From Candidatus Latescibacterota bacterium (lineage in GTDB: Bacteria > Latescibacterota > UBA2968): 64,000 bases of DNA. The notes under the pieces are model-generated. The model did not search any database, was not told where the DNA came from, and saw only the letters and a program-made list of their open reading frames with translations. Shown here one piece after another: positions 29,006 through 38,703 of this stretch (positions are counted from its first letter, which is position 1; each line of letters begins with the position of its first letter). The position numbers and the translations under genes are program-made. The DNA lies in NCBI GenBank assembly GCA_965116885.1, contig OZ220741.1, positions 160,001 through 224,000 on the forward strand, written 5' to 3'.

Positions 29006-30106
29006 CTACATATCTCCTATCCCCTCCAACACCTCGCGCAAACGCCTTGCAACAATCACATCCTCACCCTGTTCCATCATATAGGGCATCACCTCCACGC
29101 CATTTTCATGCGTAAACATCTCAATGCGCGGATCGCCATCTGACAACTGTTGCTGGACCTCCTCTGGCGCAACCGGCAAAACTGTGCGATCCCAGTGAAC
29201 CTCCAGAATCGGCGCCACATTAGACCGTCCGGGATCTCGCACTCGCCTCGTCACCGACGGCAAATCCGCAACCGCATCGCCAATCACCTGCAACCACTGC
29301 TCCCACTCTGCCCACTCGGCATCGTGATCGCGCAACACCCACTTCTCCACCGCCGCCAGCAGCCCCATCACCTCCTCCTTACCCGCCTTCATCGCCCGCC
29401 CCAGCGAATGATGCGGCGCGCCATTGGCAAACGCCGCCAGCAAAATATCCTTCCGCCCCAGCACCAACCCCGACGACTGTGGACCGCGCAAACACTTGCC
29501 CCCGCTATAAGCCACAACATCTGCACCCGCTTGCAAATACGCATTGGGCACATCGGGTCGCTCAGCCGCGGCATCTACAAATACCGGCACACCCTTGCGA
29601 TGGCAAATCGCCACCACATCCTCAAGCGGAATATCGCTATGATCCGTTTGATCTCCAAAAAACGCAAACATCGCCGTGCGATCATCAATGGCTAAAGAAA
29701 GCGCGTCGTGATCCTCCACCTCCACCATCTCCACGCCCGCCGCCCGAATCGCATGCGTATAAATATGCAAATGCCCCGGCTGGTACAACACCCGATTCTT
29801 CATCCCCGTCGTATCGGGCAATTGCCTGATCTTATCCGGATCATCCCCTGCCACACACGCCGACGTCACCTGCGTCAGCGCCGCCGCGCATCCATTTGTC
29901 ACCAGCCCCCACTCGCACTGCATCAACTCTGCAATACGCGCCCCCACCGCATCCATCAACTCATCCAAATGCACATACGCCTTTGCCGCCTCCATCATCG
30001 CCTCGCACACCTCAGGCAACATCAGCGAACCACTGATAATCGTATATGTCCCGCGACAGTTAATCAACGGCCGCACACCAATTGAACGATAAGTAGGAAC
30101 AGCCAT
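29006..30106 (-). CDS. SelA-like PLP enzyme (DgaE / D-glucosaminate-6-P ammonia-lyase-like)
   Basis: PLINCRGTYTIISGS, VDAAAE, SGGKCLRGPQSSG, GRAMKAGKEE. Start re-called at MAVPTY. Confidence 0.8.
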   Translation of the reverse strand: MAVPTYRSIGVRPLINCRGTYTIISGSLMLPEVCEAMMEAAKAYVHLDELMDAVGARIAELMQCEWGLVTNGCAAALTQVTSACVAGDDPDKIRQLPDTTGMKNRVLYQPGHLHIYTHAIRAAGVEMVEVEDHDALSLAIDDRTAMFAFFGDQTDHSDIPLEDVVAICHRKGVPVFVDAAAERPDVPNAYLQAGADVVAYSGGKCLRGPQSSGLVLGRKDILLAAFANGAPHHSLGRAMKAGKEEVMGLLAAVEKWVLRDHDAEWAEWEQWLQVIGDAVADLPSVTRRVRDPGRSNVAPILEVHWDRTVLPVAPEEVQQQLSDGDPRIEMFTHENGVEVMPYMMEQGEDVIVARRLREVLEGIGDM

Positions 30107-30120
30107 AATCGCCCTCCACA

Positions 30121-31530
30121 TCAGGCAAAATAGCGCGTGTACAAAATATAAACCGCCAGACCAATCATCAGGAGAAAACAGAACCACAACAGCAAATCCG
30201 TCTTCAAAGACGGTTTCAGACGCTGATCGAGATGTCTATAGCGCAAATACAGCGTCCCCCCGGCAATCAGAGGAAACTTAATCGCCCCAAACAAATGCCC
30301 GATAGTCAGCATCCAAACCGGATTTTGAAAAAAGAAATACGCCAGAGAAGTCACCAGAGGAGACACCACTGCCCAAACGCGCAAAATGCGAACCCGCGTC
30401 TTATAATCATTGCGCTCGATCAAACCCATCACAGACATCCCATCCGCAAAAATGCGCACCCCACCGCCCAGACCGGATATCGCCGTTGAATAAAGGACAA
30501 AAAAAGCACCCACCATAAACAACCAGAACGCCCACTCGCCAAGTGTTTGCGTGTACATATTGGAAAGCACCGGAATCGTCTCCAGACCATCGGGTTGTTT
30601 ATTGAGCCGATACAACACACCCGCACCCAGCATATAAAACGGAATCGTCGCACAGGTCAGCAACCCCAATGTCAAAAGCACATCGGTTTGCATCACCCGA
30701 ATCCATCCCCTCGCGCGCTGAACCCAGGCAGCGGACTGATCTGCCGGCCCCGAAAAACGCGCATAGCCCTTTTCCACACACCAATACGTATAGGCCATCT
30801 GTTCGCCCGACCCCACCCCGGTCCCCCCATACATCGCCAGCGCGGCCAACAGCGCAAAAGCCGGAAAACCAAACGTCAGCCCACCGCGCACCTCTTCCCA
30901 GGTAATCGCATATTCCGTCAATTGCAGCAAAACAGCACACGCGATCGTAATAAACGTAAAGAGCACCACCAGAACCGTCATCAGCCTCTCGAGAAACCGA
31001 TACGTCCCCGTCAGAATAATCACAGACGCCGTACCAGCCAGAATAACCGTCCACCATTCCGAGCCAAGAGACGGCAGCGCCATGTGAATCGCCTGGCCAG
31101 CCCCCCCGTAAATACCACCGCTGATCAACTGCCCCGGAATAATCCAGAGCAACCAGAAATAGATGTACCACGACACCTTCCGCCCGTTAAACGCGGGCAA
31201 CTTCCCGGGCAATCGGTTAAAAGCGTGCAAAAAAGGTTCGCCAGAAGCAACCGAAAAACGCGCGAGTTCCGCCTGAACAATATTCTTGCTCCAGCAACTC
31301 ACCAGCACAAACCAGAGCATTGAAAATCCAACAATAGAACCCAAATTCGTCGTCAAAATAATCTCACCAGACCCCACCACAGATCCCACCAGAATCAACC
31401 CCGGACCGAGAAACTTCAGCGTACTGCGAAGTCCTTGTGGTGGTTCCTGAACCGCCCGTGGATCCAGCGCATATAGATCTGGATTTTTATCTTCTCCCGA
31501 TGGTTGTACAGTTTTGGATTCTTCTGGCAT
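30121..31530 (-). CDS. Nramp-like (LeuT-fold) transporter
   Basis: LGPGLILVGSVVGSGE, about 11 TM segments. Lacks the DPGN metal motif. Confidence 0.75.
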   Translation of the reverse strand: MPEESKTVQPSGEDKNPDLYALDPRAVQEPPQGLRSTLKFLGPGLILVGSVVGSGEIILTTNLGSIVGFSMLWFVLVSCWSKNIVQAELARFSVASGEPFLHAFNRLPGKLPAFNGRKVSWYIYFWLLWIIPGQLISGGIYGGAGQAIHMALPSLGSEWWTVILAGTASVIILTGTYRFLERLMTVLVVLFTFITIACAVLLQLTEYAITWEEVRGGLTFGFPAFALLAALAMYGGTGVGSGEQMAYTYWCVEKGYARFSGPADQSAAWVQRARGWIRVMQTDVLLTLGLLTCATIPFYMLGAGVLYRLNKQPDGLETIPVLSNMYTQTLGEWAFWLFMVGAFFVLYSTAISGLGGGVRIFADGMSVMGLIERNDYKTRVRILRVWAVVSPLVTSLAYFFFQNPVWMLTIGHLFGAIKFPLIAGGTLYLRYRHLDQRLKPSLKTDLLLWFCFLLMIGLAVYILYTRYFA

Positions 31531-31547
31531 ATCCCCCCCTTGAAAAC

Positions 31548-31639
31548 AAAAAGCCACCCGGTATGCACAGCGCATTTTCAGACAGTCCCTGCCATTGACG
31601 CTACTGGCATCGTGCTGTGCATGCGACTCTCGGGTGGTT
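31548..31639 (-). ncRNA. Candidate structured RNA / nested hairpin ending in a U-tract, between infA and the Nramp-like gene
   Basis: Stems 31552-31560/31631-31639, 31561-31571/31614-31624 and 31590-31594/31605-31609, followed by TTTT on the minus strand. Confidence 0.4.
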
Positions 31640-31661
31640 ATTTACGTGTCGATTGAAGTAT

Positions 31662-31967
31662 TTAACGACGGCGACGCGACCTGCGGCCACCGCGACCAGG
31701 GCGCCGACCTCCGCCTCCTTGCGTACTCGGAGGGGGTGGCCCACCTGTTCCAGAATCGCGGAATGTAATGCGCCCCCGGTTCAGGTCATAAGGAGAGGTC
31801 TCAATCGTGACGGTATCGCCCACAACAATGCGAATATTAAAACGGCGCATTTTGCCCGACGTATAACCGAGAATCTGATGTCCTCCCTCAATCTCAACCT
31901 TGTATTGCCCATCGGGCAAAATATCGACAATCGTTCCTTCCAGTACAACTTTTTCTTCTTTTGCCAT
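31662..31967 (-). CDS. infA: Translation initiation factor IF-1 with Gly/Pro/Arg-rich C-terminal tail
   Basis: MAKEE...LEGTIVDILP...YTSGKMRRFNIRIVVGD.V.IE.SPYDLNRGRITFR; GGAGG SD. Confidence 0.92.
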   Translation of the reverse strand: MAKEEKVVLEGTIVDILPDGQYKVEIEGGHQILGYTSGKMRRFNIRIVVGDTVTIETSPYDLNRGRITFRDSGTGGPPPPSTQGGGGRRPGRGGRRSRRRR

Positions 31968-32128
31968 AAAACCTCCAACTATGGGATGGATAAACTCGTA
32001 TCTTACACAAATTGGGATGCATCGAGCCAAAAATAAACCCTAACTTCAATAAGATATGGAGAAAATTTATATCGACAAGTATTTTTGACACGCCACCAAT
32101 TTCCAAATTTTACACCTGAACGCACAAC

Positions 32129-33313
32129 TCAAAAAAGGCGATAGCTCAGAGCAAAAAGAAGACTCTGTCTGAATGGCGAACCTTCTTCTTTGGAAATTTG
32201 CTCAATAGCCGTCAAACTAATTCTGTTTTCGATAAAAAATGTGAAACTGATATTTGAAATATGTCTAAACCTCGCATCTTGATCGCGTTTTTTGTTGATA
32301 TGGAGTGTATTGGAGCTCACAAAGGCAATTCTGTTGGTAATTTCATAGATAAAATCGATATTCTGCCGGATATTATACTCTCGCCTGAAATAGGCCCTCT
32401 TGAATGGCGTATCCAATTTAAAATCCGTGTTGACCTGCATTCGCCAACTGATAGGTCGGGAATACCGCACATTAATGGCTAAAGCTGGAGGAGGCCGTTC
32501 TGCGTCTTCATCCCTGGTCTGTAATTGATACTGAACCCCCGCATTGACATCCCAACCAAAAAACCGGTCGCTGATCTGCTCCTGTGTAAGTACCTCGCGC
32601 ATACGCAAAATGCCAATAGGACCAATATTGCCGCCCCCGGTCACAAGACCGGTTTTGTCAATCTCGCTGCTCATGTCTTCATACCAGTAGCTCAGGTAAG
32701 TACGGTCGCCGTAGATATTGCGGTACTCTGCTTCTTTTTCAATAATTTGTCCAAGCGCGATCATCGTGTCTTTGGGAAGGAAATCACTAATAACGCCTTC
32801 TTCGAACAAAAAATCTTCGATACGCACGGCTTTTCGCAGGGCGGTAGCATTGATAAACCGACCATAACCAAGACCTAAAATGACATCCGTCTGCGGACGA
32901 TCAAAGCCCTTACGCATCAAAGCATCGGGACTGACAAAATAGAAAAACTTATTGGTTTCTCGAAAATACTTTTGAACCTGTATATCGAGATTCATATCGT
33001 AAGTACCCGTACGCTCAGAACCTTCAAATGAAAATTGGCGAAAATACGATGCCGAACTGAGCGCATCGATAAAATATGCAAAGGGCAGAGAACTGTAGAA
33101 TTTCTTATACACAAGGCCGACTTCGCCCTGTTCGTGTATAACTTCTTTGCCCTCGGTCGTCAAATTAAAACTCAACACATCAATGCGTAGATTATCCACC
33201 CGACTCACTGGCACTTTGTAGTCGGTGACCGAAACATTTTGCGCCTCTGCCGATGTTGTAAGTACTACAAGCATACAGCAGACAAGTGCCTTTAATAGAT
33301 ATTGTGCATCCAT
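32129..33313 (-). CDS. Hypothetical exported / outer-membrane beta-barrel protein
   Basis: Signal peptide ending AEA|Q, alternating beta-strand patterns, C-terminal LSYRLF. Start re-called at MDAQYLL. Confidence 0.6.
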   Translation of the reverse strand: MDAQYLLKALVCCMLVVLTTSAEAQNVSVTDYKVPVSRVDNLRIDVLSFNLTTEGKEVIHEQGEVGLVYKKFYSSLPFAYFIDALSSASYFRQFSFEGSERTGTYDMNLDIQVQKYFRETNKFFYFVSPDALMRKGFDRPQTDVILGLGYGRFINATALRKAVRIEDFLFEEGVISDFLPKDTMIALGQIIEKEAEYRNIYGDRTYLSYWYEDMSSEIDKTGLVTGGGNIGPIGILRMREVLTQEQISDRFFGWDVNAGVQYQLQTRDEDAERPPPALAINVRYSRPISWRMQVNTDFKLDTPFKRAYFRREYNIRQNIDFIYEITNRIAFVSSNTLHINKKRDQDARFRHISNISFTFFIENRISLTAIEQISKEEGSPFRQSLLFALSYRLF

Positions 33314-33387
33314 AGTCAGCCTCCGCGATAAGCTATTTGTCAGGCCAGCAAGTTGTCCCCAAAATGAACGAGCCTGATATCCGTTCT

Positions 33388-34362
33388 TCATTCTGTATTC
33401 TCCGGATTCATTTCAACTGTGGGCCTTGGAATGATAAAAATAATATCATCGTAATCCGCTGCGACAACCGTCCCCGTATTATTTGAATCGGTGAGCAGTG
33501 CTAAAACATCGACTGGACGGGGATCACCACCGAACAGACGGCGATAGTCTTGATATGCATTCACCTCTTCCCAAACCCATTTTCCCAGATCATCTTTACC
33601 GCTGCGCAACACAATAGTATATTGTCTGTTGCTCTCAATGACCGTGCCTGTGGGAAGTGTTTCGCTCCAAATATATTTGAGTGATTTTCCAGATAAGATA
33701 CTTGTCCCAAATATCAACCGCACAGCAGCAGCACTATCGTTTTTATCAGAGTCGGTTTCATCAGTTCCCTCAGGCAAATCGTGTACTCGCCAGCGCCAGC
33801 GCAATTTTTGAAACAAACGCACATTTGCTTTGATTTCTCTGCCTCGAAATATGAGCTTTGCTTCTCTCCCAAAATTTACGGCACCGCCTTTTGTTTTTCC
33901 ATTCAGATAATGGTTATTGTCTTCTTGTAAGATTCGATAGTAAACATCTGATTTTTTCGTTTTGGAATATCGCCAGCCCGAACGACCTTCCCAAATTTTA
34001 TCGGGATAAGAATTCAAAAATTTAGGATAATCAAAGGTCTCAAGCACACGGGTGGAGTCCCCCGCAGGCGTGACCCAATGGGCAGGGGGCTGTGAAGGAT
34101 CTGTTATTTTAAGTGTTGTCGAGAGCTCGTGGCCTGACCTGGATGAATCGGCCATCGCAGGATCAGTCGAGAGCAGTGAGTCAACGACTGTAGAATCAAC
34201 AGATACAGAGACAACCGGTTGGACACCCGTAGAATCGGGATCGGCAGCAAAGCATATGCTGTATCTAAGATCAATAACAAATACCGCGAGCACGCACAGC
34301 CTGAAAACCATGTGTATCAAGTATATGCTGATAAAGTCAGTATGGGAACGCAATCCCATCAT
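33388..34362 (-). CDS. DUF3047-domain protein
   Basis: LRWRWRV..LP, DSAAAV, LKYIWS, W.WEEVN...DY..LFG, LTDSNNTG...A.YDDI. Start uncertain. Confidence 0.75.
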   Translation of the reverse strand: MMGLRSHTDFISIYLIHMVFRLCVLAVFVIDLRYSICFAADPDSTGVQPVVSVSVDSTVVDSLLSTDPAMADSSRSGHELSTTLKITDPSQPPAHWVTPAGDSTRVLETFDYPKFLNSYPDKIWEGRSGWRYSKTKKSDVYYRILQEDNNHYLNGKTKGGAVNFGREAKLIFRGREIKANVRLFQKLRWRWRVHDLPEGTDETDSDKNDSAAAVRLIFGTSILSGKSLKYIWSETLPTGTVIESNRQYTIVLRSGKDDLGKWVWEEVNAYQDYRRLFGGDPRPVDVLALLTDSNNTGTVVAADYDDIIFIIPRPTVEMNPENTE

Positions 34363-35237
34363 CCAACCCCGCCGTTACCAATAAAAAATTGGCTCTTGTA
34401 AAGTTGATTTTCCGCATTGCTGGTGACAGCCGACAGAAACCCAGAACGGGCTGCGGCTGCACCCCAATTGCCATATTTGTCAATGGCGATATAAGCCATC
34501 TGGTAAGGACGCGCAGAGGGAACGCGCGCAATGAGATGTTGTACAACAGCTTCGCAGGCTTCCTGTGGTGATTTGCCGTGTCGCATGTACTCAACAACGG
34601 CAAACGACCCGCAAGTGCGAGTGATTTCCTCACCGCGACCAGTAGCCGCGGCAGCACCTGCATCATTATCTGCATAAAGGCCTGAACCAATAAGTGGTGA
34701 ATCGCCAACGCGACCGGGCAACTTAAACGCCGCACCGCTTGTAGTACAGGCTGCCGCGAGATTTCCGTGCTGGTCAAGGGCGATCATGCCAATCGTATCG
34801 TGGACATCTGCGGGAGGACCTGTACGCTCCCTTTTCCACTTTTCCCAGGCTGCGCGCCCATGCTCTGTAAGCATATTGCATTCTTCAAAGCCCTGTGCGC
34901 GCGCAAATTTCAGCGCGCCATTGCCCACCAGAAAAACGCGATCTGTTTTCTCCATTACGCACCGCGCCACAGCAGTGGGTGTGGCAATCTTTCTAAGCCC
35001 AGCCACCGCACCATAACCGAGGGCCCGCCCGTCAACAACCGCGGCATCGACTTCGACCTCACCCTCGGCATTGGGATATCCGCCGAACCCAACGCTCTTG
35101 ACAGCAGGATCGCGTTCCGCCACTTCGACACCCCGCACAACGGCATCGAGCGCAGAGCCACCGTTTTTCAAAATTCTCCAGGCGGGTTGATTAGAAGCCA
35201 GACCAAACCGCCATGTAGATACAACAATGGGAGACAT
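34359..35237 (-). CDS. N(4)-(beta-N-acetylglucosaminyl)-L-asparaginase / Ntn-hydrolase
   Basis: SVGFGGYPN, HDTIG (autocleavage Thr), TTSG...K.PGRVGDSP, ATGRGE. Confidence 0.88.
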   Translation of the reverse strand: MSPIVVSTWRFGLASNQPAWRILKNGGSALDAVVRGVEVAERDPAVKSVGFGGYPNAEGEVEVDAAVVDGRALGYGAVAGLRKIATPTAVARCVMEKTDRVFLVGNGALKFARAQGFEECNMLTEHGRAAWEKWKRERTGPPADVHDTIGMIALDQHGNLAAACTTSGAAFKLPGRVGDSPLIGSGLYADNDAGAAAATGRGEEITRTCGSFAVVEYMRHGKSPQEACEAVVQHLIARVPSARPYQMAYIAIDKYGNWGAAAARSGFLSAVTSNAENQLYKSQFFIGNGGVG

Positions 35238-35266
35238 CGCCTTCTTTCTATTTTTAAAATTTTTAC

Positions 35267-36562
35267 CTATTCCCGCATCGCCTGATAAATTGCACCTCGC
35301 GTACCTTCGAGATCAAAACACTCGTACTGGTTGTCGTACATCACACGCGAAGCAATATGCATAGCCTGTGATTCGGTTAGATATCCTTCTTCCACCTCGG
35401 CCTCAAGAGTTTTGCCAAGCCAGAAACGGGTTTGAAATGCGTAAGCAGCGGCACTGGTGGGCCAGCGCGTATCGCCGCCAAAAACAAAAAGCTTGTTAAT
35501 AGGTGCGCCGTGGATAAATCGGCGGACAAAATCGCTTGAAGCGTAGGGATTGATAGACCAGGCCCAGCACAGATCTGCCCAGACATTTTTGTAGTGCTTG
35601 GTCAGCGCGATGAGTTCATCGCTATAGGGATAGGCAATGTGCATAAGCACAAAGCGGGCGTCGAGATACCTGGCCAAAAGCGCGCAGAGATTGCCAGCCT
35701 TGATGCGATCTACAGGCATGCGATTGTTACCGGCATAATAGCCCGTATGGATTTTGAAAGGCAAATTGTGTTCAATAGTCAGTTCCACACCGCGTGCCCA
35801 GCACCAATCGCCAAGGCACAATCGCATGGACTCTGAAACATTGTTATTCGAGCTAAGCGTCGCGTAAAGCGCGCGTTCGACATCGCCGCGGGCGCGCGCT
35901 TGCCAATCGAGCGTGCGATTATACGCATGTTGGGCTTTAACCGCAATGGCACAAGGCGCGTGTTTTTCAAATATCGCCTCCATCGCCTTCTGAAGAGAAT
36001 TGAGATCAACAACCGTAATACCAGTATCTTTGGCAATGGCTTCCTGGTCTATCTGCCCACTGCAAAACCCCGCCCAGGAGAGATCGTAAAGAAAAAAGTC
36101 TGGTCCAGATTCATCGGGATCACAGGGCCAGGAAGAATCATCGGTTTGAATATGATCGAGATTCGCAACTTCGCGCAGCAAATTGTAGCGACCGCCGGGG
36201 GTACGCAGTTCGGTCAGTTTTTCCTGTGCGGGCGCAAGCACATCGGGCGTGAGGTCGTCAAAACCATACACATCGGTGACAATGCGCCGCACAGCCTCGC
36301 CATAACCCGTGTATTGCGTGGCCTCCCACGCTGCGCGAACACCTTCAAAACGCCCGGCGAGGTCTGGGTCTGAGGCATCCGTAAGACGACGCAGAGCTTC
36401 GGGCGATGCACCAGCCGTAATGAGATCCGCAGGCACATAATTGCCAAAAAGATCCTGTAATACGTCGGGACCGTCGTCAATCCAGTCAGGCTCCCGACGA
36501 AGATGTTCGTGCGTATCGCACAGCGCGGTTTGTTTGATATGTTCAGATAAATTGGTCGCCAT
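35267..36562 (-). CDS. Amidohydrolase-superfamily protein
   Basis: DTHEH, KIHTG, LMH, DLCW, FGGD. Confidence 0.8.
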   Translation of the reverse strand: MATNLSEHIKQTALCDTHEHLRREPDWIDDGPDVLQDLFGNYVPADLITAGASPEALRRLTDASDPDLAGRFEGVRAAWEATQYTGYGEAVRRIVTDVYGFDDLTPDVLAPAQEKLTELRTPGGRYNLLREVANLDHIQTDDSSWPCDPDESGPDFFLYDLSWAGFCSGQIDQEAIAKDTGITVVDLNSLQKAMEAIFEKHAPCAIAVKAQHAYNRTLDWQARARGDVERALYATLSSNNNVSESMRLCLGDWCWARGVELTIEHNLPFKIHTGYYAGNNRMPVDRIKAGNLCALLARYLDARFVLMHIAYPYSDELIALTKHYKNVWADLCWAWSINPYASSDFVRRFIHGAPINKLFVFGGDTRWPTSAAAYAFQTRFWLGKTLEAEVEEGYLTESQAMHIASRVMYDNQYECFDLEGTRGAIYQAMRE

Positions 36563-36594
36563 GGCATTATTCCTCCTTGATCAAGAGCCCCTGC

Positions 36595-36633
36595 TTTTAA
36601 TTCTTAATTTTTAATTTTTAATTCTTAATTCCC
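36595..36633. repeat. Heptamer tandem repeat (TYTTAAT) x5 followed by TCCC
   Basis: Read directly. Shares 25 identical bp with 43695-43719. Confidence 0.85.
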
Positions 36634-36638
36634 AATCA

Positions 36639-37406
36639 TCATCTCGCAACTTTCAACCAATATCCCCCATCCACACTCAACACCGTCCCCGTAATATAGT
36701 CGGCGGCATCGGAACAGAGAAACGCGGCGGCATTGGCAATATCTTCCGGCGTCCCCAGGCGCTTCCAGGGCAACGCAGTAGCAGCCTCGCGGATCTGTTC
36801 TTCCGTCGCATATTGACGCTCGCCGGGCGTGTCGATATACCCGGGCGTAATCACATTGGCGCGAATGCGGTGATCGGTGAGTTCATTGGCAATAGTCGCC
36901 GACATCTGATTGATCCCCGCCTTCGCTGCATTATAGGGCAACGAAGTAGAAAAGGGAATATTGGACAAAACAGAACTGATAAAGAGAATCGCACCCCCTT
37001 CGCCCTGTTTGACCATCTGACGGGCACCTGCCTGAGCCATGTGGAAAGCCCCCCAAAACGTGACATCAAGCGTGCGCCGCGCGCCATCCAATCCCAGATC
37101 GAGAAAAGGTTCGCGCTTGCTGTAATACGCATTGGAAACCACAATATCGAGACGGCCAAATTCCTCAACCGCGGCAGCGACCATAGCATCCACCGCATCG
37201 CGGTCAGACACATCTGCGCCATAGACGAGCGCATCGGACCCCGAATTGCGAATCTCAGCGGCAACTTCCTCTGCCTCTTCGGGATGCGTGCGATAATTGA
37301 CCGCAACCTTTGCGCCCGACCGTCCCATCCGAAGGGCAATACCGCGTCCAATACCGCGCGACGCGCCAGAAATAAGCGCGACCTTTCCATCCAAATTAAT
37401 ATTCAT
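36639..37406 (-). CDS. SDR-family NAD(P)-dependent oxidoreductase
   Basis: SGASRGIG, YNAAK, PGYIDT, YITG..LSVDGG. Confidence 0.92.
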   Translation of the reverse strand: MNINLDGKVALISGASRGIGRGIALRMGRSGAKVAVNYRTHPEEAEEVAAEIRNSGSDALVYGADVSDRDAVDAMVAAAVEEFGRLDIVVSNAYYSKREPFLDLGLDGARRTLDVTFWGAFHMAQAGARQMVKQGEGGAILFISSVLSNIPFSTSLPYNAAKAGINQMSATIANELTDHRIRANVITPGYIDTPGERQYATEEQIREAATALPWKRLGTPEDIANAAAFLCSDAADYITGTVLSVDGGYWLKVAR

Positions 37407-37425
37407 GGAGAACTCCTTCTAATAG

Positions 37426-37851
37426 CTAAAAAAAGAGATCTGGCTTCACCTTGAAATGCCGTGTCAAGATACGAATATGTGTTTTGTTCAACTCCTGTTC
37501 GCCGGAGAGAAGTTGCTGTACCAATGAGACAGGTTCTCCCAAAATTTCACCGAGTTGAGACAAATTTACATCGTTCTGCTCTAAGAGATACTTGAGCGAT
37601 TGATTAGGAGAGAGATGATCCAATTGCGATGCATAATATTGATAATCGTATTTGCTGATGAGTTCGCCGAGCGTTTCAAGATAGTCATCCTGATCTTGCG
37701 TTCTTTTATTTAACACGGCAAGTTGATCTACAATTGCCACCGCATTCTCATAATCAATATCATCGCGAATAGGCCGAAGTTGATGAACCATATTCAACCC
37801 ATCAAACGTATCGGGCAAAGGATCGGGAAGAATTGCTATGGTATTTTTCAT
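37426..37851 (-). CDS. higA: HigA-type antitoxin (HTH)
   Basis: RPIRDD.DY..A, LI..YD, LKYLLEQ, LSG.QELNKTHI..L...FKV...LF. Overlaps the toxin gene by 4 nt. Confidence 0.8.
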   Translation of the reverse strand: MKNTIAILPDPLPDTFDGLNMVHQLRPIRDDIDYENAVAIVDQLAVLNKRTQDQDDYLETLGELISKYDYQYYASQLDHLSPNQSLKYLLEQNDVNLSQLGEILGEPVSLVQQLLSGEQELNKTHIRILTRHFKVKPDLFF

Positions 37852-38159
37852 AATTTAGCCTTCCACTGATTTTGATTGTATTCGCTGTGCGTCATGATCC
37901 GCAATACAAAAACCAGGCCAGAGTTGAAATGGATAGCAGCAATGAGTCGGTGTCGGTTTCGTTCAATATTAAATACATATACTGTTTTGCCACTCGCTAC
38001 CTGAACGGGATCGACATTATTGAACGTGTGTTTTAAATCTGATGGATTTTGCCATTCAGCTAAAAGCGTGGTTTTTTCCCAGTGTTCTAATGACGACCGA
38101 GCACTGGGATATTTATTGGCGTATTCCCGCAGTCGTTTCAACGTTATGATACGTTTCAT
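37848..38159 (-). CDS. higB: HigB-type toxin
   Basis: RIIT.KRL, W..P.DLK..F...D, VFNI..N.HRLIAAIHF, MTHSEY...W. Confidence 0.85.
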   Translation of the reverse strand: MKRIITLKRLREYANKYPSARSSLEHWEKTTLLAEWQNPSDLKHTFNNVDPVQVASGKTVYVFNIERNRHRLIAAIHFNSGLVFVLRIMTHSEYNQNQWKAKL

Positions 38160-38174
38160 AAATCTATACGATTC

Positions 38175-38594
38175 TCAATCTACGGGTAGGCCAGTACCTG
38201 GCCACTGGTCATCGCTGGATGTAACATCTACAGTGATGCCATCGGGATCCTCTACTTTAAACGCACCTTCTTCGAGCGTATCCGGAGCCAAGGGCTGCTT
38301 ACCGCCCAGACCATCGGAAAAAATCTCGTAGCCCATCTCCGTCAAACGCCGCGCCGCAGCTTCCAGATCGGGAACCCGAATACCAATATGCAAATAATCC
38401 AGCATTCCGCTAACGTGCTCTGGGCGAGAAGGCCCATTGTGTTGAAAGATGCGAAAATTGTGATACCCATCGGTCAGGTCAAAAGATTGCCCTCGATCCT
38501 GAACGAGACGCAAACCCAAACCATCTCGCCAGAAGCGGATGGTCTCATCGATATCTGTGGCGCGTACGCCAATATGAACAAGTGCGGTAGCCAT
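38175..38594 (-). CDS. VOC/glyoxalase-family protein
   Basis: HIGVRATD, HIGIRVPDL, EDPDGITVD. Confidence 0.85.
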   Translation of the reverse strand: MATALVHIGVRATDIDETIRFWRDGLGLRLVQDRGQSFDLTDGYHNFRIFQHNGPSRPEHVSGMLDYLHIGIRVPDLEAAARRLTEMGYEIFSDGLGGKQPLAPDTLEEGAFKVEDPDGITVDVTSSDDQWPGTGLPVD

Positions 38595-38660
38595 AATGGT
38601 ATTCCTCCTGTTGAAATGATAATCTATCTAACCTCAACCCCTCTTAGCCTCTTGCCTTTC

Positions 38661-38693
38661 CATCTGTGTTCATCTGTGTTCATCTGTGGTTGC
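38661..38693. repeat. Decamer triplet (CATCTGTGTT) x3
   Basis: CATCTGTGTT CATCTGTGTT CATCTGTGGT TGC. Confidence 0.85.
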
Positions 38694-38703
38694 ATTTGAC
38701 TCT

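Noticed and set aside
29006..30106. Selenocysteine synthase selA
   Set aside because: Shorter DgaE-like subfamily motifs; no selB/selC/selD nearby.
31548..31639. yybP-ykoY Mn riboswitch, SRP RNA or tRNA-Sec
   Set aside because: The conserved signature sequences of these families were not found by eye; kept only as an unassigned structure.
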